From the NCBI GenBank assembly GCA_937899155.1, contig CALDJM010000070.1, forward strand, positions 1 through 37,089: 37,089 bases of DNA. Reading direction: 5' to 3'. Origin of the DNA: an uncultured bacterium (GTDB lineage: Bacteria; Patescibacteriota; Dojkabacteria; SC72). The notes under the pieces are model-generated. The model ran no database searches and had not been told where the DNA came from. It was given only the letters and a program-made list of their open reading frames with translations. Each line of letters opens with the position of its first letter. Within the stretch, counting starts at the first letter, position 1. Shown here one piece after another: positions 17,840 to 25,019 of this stretch. A program made the translations under genes and the position numbers.

Positions 17840-18007
17840 CAAGGCTCGAACCCATCTGTAGTGCCTATGGGACAAGGGAAAAGAGAAGGTTACTCAAGCT
17901 ACTGTACCCAGCGGGTGTTACATACGGAAATAACGAATATCGAACCCCAAAAAAGTCAATCCTATTCAATGTTTTCGATGTGTCTCACGACAGGAAAACC
18001 CTGGAAG

Positions 18008-18080
18008 TGAGGTGCCGGGGACTCGAACCCCGCACCAACTGCTTAAAAGGCAGTTGCTCTACCGGATGAGCTAGCACCCC
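18008..18080 (-). tRNA. tRNA-Lys (anticodon UUU)
   Basis: GGGGTGCTAGCTCATCCGGTAGAGCA, anticodon stem ACTGC/GCAGT with loop CTTTTAA, T-arm CGGGG-TTCGAGT-CCCCG. No encoded CCA. Confidence 0.9.
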
Positions 18081-18112
18081 ATATACAAATACTCAGCCAT
18101 TATACTACCATT

Positions 18113-18751
18113 CTAATACATATTACAAGGCTTAAAACTCTTTCTATGTATATCACAAATACCATACTCTGACATACTTTCCAAATGTTCTTTAGTACCA
18201 TATCCAGAATTTCTCTCAAAACCGTATACTGGATATATTCTGGAATACTCCTCCATCATTCTATCTCTTGTAACTTTAGCAAGAACAGATGCAGCTGCAA
18301 TACTGTAGTGAAAGTTATCCCCCTTATCTATTATCTCCATCTCGTACCCATCAATTGGAAAAACAGCACCATCTGAAATAATGTACTCTACTTTTTCCCC
18401 TAATTTCTCTTGAATATCATTAACCACTTTCTTCATACCTTTTCTAACAGCATACTTTATCCCTATCCTGTCTATCTCTTTAGCATCTATGATACCAATT
18501 GCATATGCTTTACACTTTTTCTTAATACTCTCAAAAGCTTCCTCTCTTCTTTTTTTTGTCATCTTCTTACTATCCTTAACCCCCTCAACCAAATCTTCTG
18601 AACTACCAATCACAACACCAGCAACAACCACAGGACCAGCTAGAGGGCCTCTACCTGCCTCATCAATACCGACAACATACTTAAAGCCTGCTTTCCATAA
18701 TTGCTCTTCTTTTTTTGTATCTGGATATATCATCGCCATATATGCTAACAT
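18113..18751 (-). CDS. rnhB: Ribonuclease HII
   Basis: 212 aa. VGIDEAGRGPLAGPVVVAGV and the downstream RNase HII pattern. The exact start (Met 1, 5 or 7) is uncertain. Confidence 0.9.
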   Translation of the reverse strand: MLAYMAMIYPDTKKEEQLWKAGFKYVVGIDEAGRGPLAGPVVVAGVVIGSSEDLVEGVKDSKKMTKKRREEAFESIKKKCKAYAIGIIDAKEIDRIGIKYAVRKGMKKVVNDIQEKLGEKVEYIISDGAVFPIDGYEMEIIDKGDNFHYSIAAASVLAKVTRDRMMEEYSRIYPVYGFERNSGYGTKEHLESMSEYGICDIHRKSFKPCNMY

Positions 18752-18757
18752 ATATTT

Positions 18758-19069
18758 GTGGGAAACATACAGAAAATTCTAACAACTTTAATATTCCTCT
18801 TAACAACAACATTTAGTGGTATGTATATACATGCTCATGAGGATTTAGACTTGGTACAACCTAGTAAAGAGATTCAAACAGAGGAAGAGACAGAAGAAAA
18901 CACACAAGCAGAGCAAAAAGAAGAACAGAAGGAAGAAGAAAAAAAAGAAACAACGAAAGTTACCTCAAAAGCACCAGAGTATTCATTTGGTACAATACTT
19001 CTTGCAATATTAATTCCATCATTATTGATCATAATTGCATACTTGATATTCAAATTTGTTAAATTTTAG
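18758..19069 (+). CDS. Small secreted or anchored K/E-rich protein (GTG start)
   Basis: 103 aa. Signal-like N-terminus, EEKKE low-complexity middle, C-terminal TM helix. The start codon at 18758 is GTG, so the start is uncertain. Confidence 0.45.
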   Translation: MGNIQKILTTLIFLLTTTFSGMYIHAHEDLDLVQPSKEIQTEEETEENTQAEQKEEQKEEEKKETTKVTSKAPEYSFGTILLAILIPSLLIIIAYLIFKFVKF

Positions 19070-19096
19070 TATTTAAATTTTTAATTTAATTAAAAT

Positions 19097-19474
19097 ATGT
19101 CAGATAAAAAAAATAATGTAGCAGGCAAAGTCGCAGCAGGAGTTGCAATTGGTGCATTAGCAGGAGCAGCAGCAGGTATACTCTTAGCACCTAAGTCTGG
19201 AAAAGAAACAAGAGAAGATATTAAGAAATTTGCTAAAAAAACTAAAAAGCAGGGTGAAGCTCTTTTAGAAAAAGCAAAGAAACAGATTGCAAAAAAGATT
19301 GAAAGTTTTAAAAAGGCTGGAAAGGAAATTAATTCTGAGGACTACAAAAAAATAGTTGCAGAGATAGTCGACAGTTTTAAGAGCAGTGGAGAAGCAACTG
19401 GAGATGCTGCTAAAAAGCTAGGAGAACAATTAAAAGAGGATTGGGTTGATGTAAAGAAGAAGATTACAGCATAG
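19097..19474 (+). CDS. YtxH-domain protein
   Basis: 125 aa. GAAAGILLAPKSGKETREDIKK is the YtxH signature. The remainder is an amphipathic K/E helix. Confidence 0.8.
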   Translation: MSDKKNNVAGKVAAGVAIGALAGAAAGILLAPKSGKETREDIKKFAKKTKKQGEALLEKAKKQIAKKIESFKKAGKEINSEDYKKIVAEIVDSFKSSGEATGDAAKKLGEQLKEDWVDVKKKITA

Positions 19475-19494
19475 TTTAAGATATTGATCTTGAG

Positions 19495-19520
19495 AGGGGG
19501 TAGAAATACCCCCTTTTTCT
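19495..19520 (+). terminator. Rho-independent terminator
   Basis: 8-bp stem AGGGGGTA/TACCCCCT with a GAAA loop, followed by TTTTCTT. Lies 20 nt after the YtxH stop. Confidence 0.7.
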
Positions 19521-19540
19521 TAGTAGAATACATATGTCAT

Positions 19541-19613
19541 GCGAGAGTAGTTCAGTTGGTAGAATGTCTCCTTCCCAAGGAGAAGGTCGCGGGTTCGAAC
19601 CCCGTCTCTCGCT
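19541..19613 (+). tRNA. tRNA-Gly (anticodon CCC)
   Basis: Acceptor GCGAGAG/CTCTCGC, anticodon stem TCTCC/GGAGA with loop TTCCCAA, T-arm GCGGG-TTCGAAC-CCCGT. No encoded CCA. Confidence 0.9.
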
Positions 19614-20131
19614 TACTCCTTTAGGTTGATATTCAAAGATACTCTACTTTCTTCATCAAGTTGTCTGTATTTAACCCCACAGGTATCAAACAATTTTTTA
19701 GATGCTTTTGTCTCATCCATATCTGCATATTTGTCTGATAAATATACAACCTCTTTAATACCTGACTGAATTATCTCTTTCGCACATTCATTGCATGGGA
19801 AAAGATCTACATATATCTTTGCACCTTCCATATCTTTCCTGCTACCTCTGTAGTTTAATATTGCATTCCTCTCTGCATGTACAACATAAGGATATTTGGT
19901 TTCTAAATATTCACCCTCTCTGGCCCAAGGAAATTCATTATCTTCAAAACCATTAGGTGCACCATTATATCCAATTGAGAGTATTCTATTATCATCTCCA
20001 ACAATACATGCACCTACTTGAGTGTTGGGATCTTTACTTCGCATAGCAGAAAGTTTTGCAATTGCCATATAGTATGTATCCCACCCTATCCTATCTTTTC
20101 TTTCTAGATTATATTTCTTTGGTTTTGACAT
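19613..20131 (-). CDS. comEB: Deoxycytidylate (dCMP) deaminase
   Basis: 172 aa. VHAERNAI and PCNECAKEI zinc-binding CDA motifs. Size and pattern match ComEB/dCMP deaminase. Confidence 0.88.
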   Translation of the reverse strand: MSKPKKYNLERKDRIGWDTYYMAIAKLSAMRSKDPNTQVGACIVGDDNRILSIGYNGAPNGFEDNEFPWAREGEYLETKYPYVVHAERNAILNYRGSRKDMEGAKIYVDLFPCNECAKEIIQSGIKEVVYLSDKYADMDETKASKKLFDTCGVKYRQLDEESRVSLNINLKE

Positions 20132-20167
20132 TCTAGTAGATTATATCAAAAATCCTATGTGGAAATA

Positions 20168-20196
20168 TTGCATACAGTACACCCTTCTGTTACAAT
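20168..20196 (+). promoter_or_regulatory. Sigma70-like promoter for tRNA-Thr: TTGCAT-17 nt-TACAAT (with TGt extension)
   Basis: Hexamers read at 20168-20173 and 20191-20196. The mature tRNA 5-prime end is 13 nt downstream of the -10. Confidence 0.4.
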
Positions 20197-20209
20197 ACCT
20201 GTTACGATT

Positions 20210-20282
20210 GCTGGTATAGCTCAGTTGGTAGAGCATTCCCTTCGTAAGGGACAGGTCGATGGTTCGAGACCATCTACCAGCT
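20210..20282 (+). tRNA. tRNA-Thr (anticodon CGU)
   Basis: GCTGGTATAGCTCAGTTGGTAGAGCA, anticodon loop TTCGTAA, T-arm GATGG-TTCGAGA-CCATC. No encoded CCA. Confidence 0.88.
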
Positions 20283-20298
20283 TTCAATTACTACAACA

Positions 20299-21381
20299 AT
20301 GAAAACACCTAAATATACATTAACAAACCTAATCCTAGACTATATTGTTAAATACGAGCTATCCATAAACAATATTAAATACAATCCTCTTCCGGAGAAA
20401 TATAAAAGTACTATTGAAGAAAAATATGCCACAGAAGATATCATGAGACTTGGTAACCTAATAGCTTCTCCCATTGGATACAACAAATCACTACTAATAC
20501 AAAGAGGACAAGAAACCCCTTCAGAAAGAAAAAAGTTAAAAATATTTACAAACTTTAGAAGTGCAAAAGACTTTGTAAGGTCATATAGCAATACCACATC
20601 CCTCAAGCCCTCCATGGAGTTAGCCATGCATTTAAATAGACTTGTTGTTAAAGATATTGTAGATGACTGGGATGTTGGCAAATTAAGAAGTTTTTCAGAG
20701 AAACCAAATGAAATATATGACACGTGGTACAAAGCAAGAGACTTCTATCCCAACCTCAATATTACCTCACACTTTAATGAGCTTTTTGATTGGATACAAA
20801 ACGGTGCAGATAATAATCACAGATTGATTAAAATTGGTGTAATGATATATGAATTTTTAGATAAAGCACCATTCACAGCAGGTAATCAAATCACAGCAAT
20901 ATTAGTAGCAGAGATTCTTGCAAAAAAATATGGGTATAATCCAGACAACATATTCCCATATTTCAAATCCATTGAATATATCTCTGAAGATCTCCTCTCT
21001 GCACATAAGATGACGAAACCTAAATTAGATTTAACACCATTTTTAGAAGCATTTCTGTATACAATATCATTAACATCTCTAGAAGTTTCTAAAGAATTTA
21101 AAGATACATATACTAAAAAAGTTAAAAAACAGGGCTCTTTAGAACTATACTTAGCACCTAGACAGATACAAATAATAGATTTCTTAACATTAAATCAAAA
21201 GGTTAATAGAAAGCAGCTTGTAGACCTTCTGGGTGTTTCCTTTATGACATGTTTTAGAGACCTCAAAGATATGATGGAGAAGGGATATGTAAAACAGAAA
21301 GGTAAAGGTAAAGCAACTTTCTATACTCTTAGTAAAGAGATGTTAGAGAAAGAGGATAGTATGACTCCTAAGGTTGAATAG
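20299..21381 (+). CDS. Fic-fold protein with a degenerate active-site motif and a C-terminal winged-helix domain
   Basis: 360 aa. HRLIKIGVMIYEFLDKAPFTAGNQITAILVAEIL aligns to ..h..f..IHPFxDGNGRxxR.., with His replaced by Ala and the Arg residues lost (20866-20898). The C-terminus QIQIIDFL...VNRKQLVDLLGVSFMTCFRDLKDMMEKGYV is wHTH-like. Confidence 0.7.
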   Translation: MKTPKYTLTNLILDYIVKYELSINNIKYNPLPEKYKSTIEEKYATEDIMRLGNLIASPIGYNKSLLIQRGQETPSERKKLKIFTNFRSAKDFVRSYSNTTSLKPSMELAMHLNRLVVKDIVDDWDVGKLRSFSEKPNEIYDTWYKARDFYPNLNITSHFNELFDWIQNGADNNHRLIKIGVMIYEFLDKAPFTAGNQITAILVAEILAKKYGYNPDNIFPYFKSIEYISEDLLSAHKMTKPKLDLTPFLEAFLYTISLTSLEVSKEFKDTYTKKVKKQGSLELYLAPRQIQIIDFLTLNQKVNRKQLVDLLGVSFMTCFRDLKDMMEKGYVKQKGKGKATFYTLSKEMLEKEDSMTPKVE

Positions 21382-21435
21382 AAATTAAGAAGAAATTAGT
21401 AGAAAAGAAGAAGCAAAATTGGTAATATATTCGAC

Positions 21436-22947
21436 ATGAACAACGAACTAAAAGATAAATACGATGTAATAATTGGTTTAGAAATCCATGTACAGACTAA
21501 TACTAAGTCTAAAATGTTCTGCTCCTGCCCTACTGGATATTTCCAAAAACAACCAAATACTCATGTTTGTCCAGTATGTTTAGGACTACCTGGTGCACTA
21601 CCTGTTCCAAACAAACGAGCCATTGAACTTTGCATATTAATGGGCCTTGCAACAAACTGTAATATTGCAAACGAAATCTACTTTGACAGAAAACACTACT
21701 TCTACCCTGACCTTCCAAAAGGATATCAGATTAGTCAGTACAAAGACCCCATATGCTCAGATGGGTATGTAGAAATTTCAAATGGTCAGAAAGTTGCAAT
21801 TGAAAGAATCCATCAAGAAGAAGATGTTGCTAAATCTACACATCATGTAGAGAGTGGCAGTGGAAAAGAATATACTTTAGTTGACTACAACAAATCTAGT
21901 GTACCATTAATTGAAATTGTCACAAAACCAAATATTAGAAGTGCAAAAGATGCTAAAGATTATGCTACTAAAATACGACAGATTGCTAGATATCTAAACA
22001 TTTCAGATGCTGATATGGAGAAAGGTCAGATGAGATGTGAACCAAACATATCAATCCAAGAGAAAGGAAAATGGGAATACAAAGATGGAAAGATACTCCC
22101 AATTGGTAAATACAAATTAAATCCTAAAGTTGAAGTTAAGAATATTGGTTCAATTACAGCAGTAGAAAAAGCAATTGAGTATGAGGCTGAGAGAATGAGT
22201 AAAGAGCTTGAAGATGGGGAGGAGATTAAACAGCAAACAAGAGGTTGGAATGCTGCAAAAGGTATAACAGAGTTCCAAAGATACAAAGAAAGTGCTGATG
22301 ATTACAGATATATGCCAGAACCAGATATTCCTGTGATTGATATTTCAAAGGAAGATATTGAAAGAATTAAAAAAGAGATTGTAGAACTTCCTAATGAGAA
22401 GATTAAGAGATATATGAATGATTGGGACATTACAGAGTATGCTGCAGATGTCATTTCTTCAACAAAAGAGAGTGCTGAGTATTTTGAGAAACTACAGAAA
22501 AAACTCTCTGAGAGTATGAATGAGAAAGATTCTGCTAAAGAGGCTTCTAACTGGATAATGGGACCACTATATGCAATTGCAAACAAACAGGGTAAAGAGA
22601 TTGCTGATATTGGTGTTAATGGAGATGATTTAGCAAAGTTAATAGTTGCTTTCAAAGAGGATGTCTTCACAAAAAACAAAGCTGAGGAGCTGTTAAACCA
22701 GAGCATTGAAAAAGGTCTTAACATTACAGACGAGATTGAGAAATTAAAGAGTGCTAAGGAGTCTGTAGGGAGTCTTGATGATATTGTAAAACAGGTCATA
22801 GATGAGAATACTCAAGCAGTTGCAGACTACAAGAGTGGTAAGGAAGCTAGTATTGGTTTCTTGGTTGGTAAAGTTATGCAATTAACACACGGTACTGCTA
22901 ATCCAAATGATGTTAGAAATACTTTAGTAGAAGAATTAAAGAAATGA
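21436..22947 (+). CDS. gatB: Asp/Glu-tRNA amidotransferase subunit B
   Basis: 503 aa. IGLEIHVQTNTKSKMFCSC, PVCLGLPGALP, RCEPNIS and the C-terminal GatB_Yqey-like tail. Confidence 0.93.
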   Translation: MNNELKDKYDVIIGLEIHVQTNTKSKMFCSCPTGYFQKQPNTHVCPVCLGLPGALPVPNKRAIELCILMGLATNCNIANEIYFDRKHYFYPDLPKGYQISQYKDPICSDGYVEISNGQKVAIERIHQEEDVAKSTHHVESGSGKEYTLVDYNKSSVPLIEIVTKPNIRSAKDAKDYATKIRQIARYLNISDADMEKGQMRCEPNISIQEKGKWEYKDGKILPIGKYKLNPKVEVKNIGSITAVEKAIEYEAERMSKELEDGEEIKQQTRGWNAAKGITEFQRYKESADDYRYMPEPDIPVIDISKEDIERIKKEIVELPNEKIKRYMNDWDITEYAADVISSTKESAEYFEKLQKKLSESMNEKDSAKEASNWIMGPLYAIANKQGKEIADIGVNGDDLAKLIVAFKEDVFTKNKAEELLNQSIEKGLNITDEIEKLKSAKESVGSLDDIVKQVIDENTQAVADYKSGKEASIGFLVGKVMQLTHGTANPNDVRNTLVEELKK

Positions 22948-23237
22948 AAATAGATGTTAAACATATTGCTAATCTATCTAGAATATCTCTTACAGATGAG
23001 GAGTTAAAGAAGTTTACACCTCAGATGGAGGGTATTTTAGAGTCTGCATCTGTACTTCAGGAGGTTAATACTGATGGTGTTAAACCTATGAAGGGACATA
23101 TTAAATTAGAAGAAACTAGAGAGGATATACCTGGGGAGTGTTTAACACAGGAAGAGGTTTTAAAGAATGCTAAATATAAGGAAGCAGGTTGTGTTAAGGT
23201 ATATGGGAAAGTATTTGGAGAGAATCAGGAGAGTTAG
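22944..23237 (+). CDS. gatC: Asp/Glu-tRNA amidotransferase subunit C
   Basis: 97 aa. IANLSRISLTDEELKKFTPQMEGILE...VNTDGVKPM. Its ATG overlaps the gatB TGA (ATGA). Confidence 0.88.
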   Translation: MKIDVKHIANLSRISLTDEELKKFTPQMEGILESASVLQEVNTDGVKPMKGHIKLEETREDIPGECLTQEEVLKNAKYKEAGCVKVYGKVFGENQES

Positions 23238-23501
23238 TCTTTCTCTATCTTATCTTTGTAATACCCTATCCTTTGTAATAGTAAATACCATCTCTCCCAA
23301 AAAGTCATAAAGTATTCTTTGCTTATTTTTTCTGTTTCCTTCTTACCTATTAATCCCTCTACAAAACCATTTATCCACTTGATTGATTCTAATTAGTTCC
23401 TTGTTGCATATGTTCCTAAACTTATTCAAGGTGATAATGAAACAAGAATTGGAGTTAGACTACCCAAAACATCATATTTTTAGTAGAATATACCCTGTTA
23501 G

Positions 23502-23585
23502 GCCGAGGTGGTGAAACTGGCAGACACGTATGCCTTAGGAGCATATGGGGTAAAACCCTTGGAGGTTCGAGTCCTCTCCTCGGCA
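23502..23585 (+). tRNA. tRNA-Leu (anticodon UAG), class II with a long variable arm
   Basis: GCCGAGGTGGTGAAACTGGCAGACACG, anticodon stem TATGC/GCATA with loop CTTAGGA, variable arm GGGGTAAAACCC, T-arm GGAGG-TTCGAGT-CCTCT. No encoded CCA. Confidence 0.9.
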
Positions 23586-23587
23586 CT

Positions 23588-24085
23588 TTAGAAGTATTCT
23601 TTTACCTCAAAACCTTTCTCTAAAGCATCTATTAAGATCAAAACATCTGAATCAACATCTTCTTTATCAACACCATTTTTCAGACCAAAGGGGATTGTAT
23701 AGCAGTTCTCTCCATTATTTGTTATTAAATTAACCTCTTTACCTAATCTATTTGCTAATACAACAGCAGTATCCAATACATCTATGAGAGGTAACTCCTG
23801 TGGGATGTTAAGAACAGAATCCATAGGAATCTTATTACCTAAATCTGATTCTTTTAATTTGAAGTTTTTAAAGCCTACAAAAATTATCTCACTTAACCTA
23901 TCGATATCTTTATCTCTTAAATTTACAGGTACTTGAACAAGAAAACCCTCTGATATCTTCACCCCTAACCTTTTATCTTTCTTAAAGACTTCTTTTAGGA
24001 TCTGTCTAGCCCCTCTAATCTTACTACTTATCTCTTCTGGACTTTCGATGTCTGGGTGGTTTAGTTCAATATTATTGCTTATCAT
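23588..24085 (-). CDS. Orphan protein containing two copies of an unrecognised motif (G-F-x-h-x-h-P-x-x-L...D-h-D/N)
   Basis: 165 aa. Codon usage looks like that of neighbouring genes. Internal repeats GFLVQVPVNLRDKDIDRLSEII and CYTIPFGLKNGVDKEDVDSDVLILI. No family recognised. Confidence 0.55.
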   Translation of the reverse strand: MISNNIELNHPDIESPEEISSKIRGARQILKEVFKKDKRLGVKISEGFLVQVPVNLRDKDIDRLSEIIFVGFKNFKLKESDLGNKIPMDSVLNIPQELPLIDVLDTAVVLANRLGKEVNLITNNGENCYTIPFGLKNGVDKEDVDSDVLILIDALEKGFEVKEYF

Positions 24086-24223
24086 TCTTAAAAGGTTTTT
24101 AAATATTACTATCGGATTATATCATTAGAAAAAGAAAAAAGCACCAATTGAGGTTGTAGTAGATATTTAAAAATATACATTACTGTATACATATCCCTCC
24201 TCTTTTGGTGCTTTATTAAAAAC

Positions 24224-24511
24224 TTACATTGCTAAGATGGAACTGATCATCTTTTCAAAGATTTCGTTCACATCTTCGACACAAAGTCCTGTGGGAATAA
24301 AAATTCCAAACCCGTTAGAACCTTTGAGAAGAGCATTAACTCTCAGATTGCTACTAACATTAATTACTTCTTCAATTATTTGCTTTATATATTTCTCCCC
24401 TTTTTTTTCGTCCAGAAAGACCAACAAATCTATATCTTCTGGAATTCCTCTACAAATCCGAAGCCCTTTCGAGTTTAGTTCTCTTGGTACTTCTAAATAC
24501 GAGCCGTTCAT
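24224..24511 (-). CDS. Orphan protein with one copy of the same motif
   Basis: 95 aa. Strong SD (AAAGGAGAG) 6 nt upstream of the ATG. GFGIFIPTGLCVEDVNEIFEKM parallels the repeats in the 165 aa neighbour. Confidence 0.6.
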   Translation of the reverse strand: MNGSYLEVPRELNSKGLRICRGIPEDIDLLVFLDEKKGEKYIKQIIEEVINVSSNLRVNALLKGSNGFGIFIPTGLCVEDVNEIFEKMISSILAM

Positions 24512-24547
24512 ATAACTCTCCTTTTATAAGTTTTTGAATGTGCTGTA

Positions 24548-24563
24548 ATTCACATATGTGAAT
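24548..24563. promoter_or_regulatory. 16-bp perfect palindrome ATTCACATATGTGAAT in a divergent intergenic region (candidate operator)
   Basis: Read directly. Lies between the divergent starts at 24511 (minus strand) and 24652 (plus strand). Confidence 0.3.
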
Positions 24564-24651
24564 ATACAAGACCATTATACCAAGAATAAAATATTTACAC
24601 AACACTATAGGTTGTATTGTAAAGTAGATAATATATGTTAGAATTACTATC

Positions 24652-24894
24652 ATGTTCAAGAAAATAGTAAGACCCTTTCAAAATGTACTACTAGAAAGAG
24701 AGTTATGTGTAGGTTGTACAGCACCATTAGCAAAAGCTAAAAAACTAGGTAATCTGTCAGATAACAGAGTAATGGTAGAATGCAAATGCAAAAGGAGATA
24801 TGTATATGAGAAGGAATTGGTAGCATTCAAAAGAGCAACATTTGCAGAAGAACAACAGATACTTAGTATGATTGCAAAAGGAGAAGTGTCATAA
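24652..24894 (+). CDS. Small zinc-ribbon-like protein (CxxC...CxC)
   Basis: 80 aa. CVGC at residues 19-22 and CKC at 44-46. TGtTAGAAT box 7 nt upstream of the ATG. No family recognised. Confidence 0.5.
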   Translation: MFKKIVRPFQNVLLERELCVGCTAPLAKAKKLGNLSDNRVMVECKCKRRYVYEKELVAFKRATFAEEQQILSMIAKGEVS

Positions 24895-24896
24895 TC

Positions 24897-24925
24897 TTCA
24901 CAAAAGGTTAGAATTATAGTAGAAT
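24897..24925 (+). promoter_or_regulatory. Sigma70-like promoter for tRNA-Glu: TTCACA-17 nt-TAGAAT
   Basis: Hexamers at 24897-24902 and 24920-24925. The -10 is part of the recurring TAGTAGAAT box. The tRNA 5-prime end is 11 nt downstream. Confidence 0.4.
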
Positions 24926-24936
24926 CTCTCTGTAAT

Positions 24937-25012
24937 GCCGCTATCGTCTAGTGGTCTAGGACAACAGGTTTTCATCCTGTAAACCGGGGTTCGATTCCCC
25001 GTAGCGGTACCA
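24937..25012 (+). tRNA. tRNA-Glu (anticodon UUC), CCA encoded
   Basis: GCCGCTATCGTCTAGTGGTCTAGGACA, anticodon stem ACAGG/CCTGT with loop TTTTCAT, T-arm CGGGG-TTCGATT-CCCCG, 3-prime end TAGCGGT-A-CCA. Pair 1-72 is G-U as read. Confidence 0.88.
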
Positions 25013-25019
25013 TATTTTG

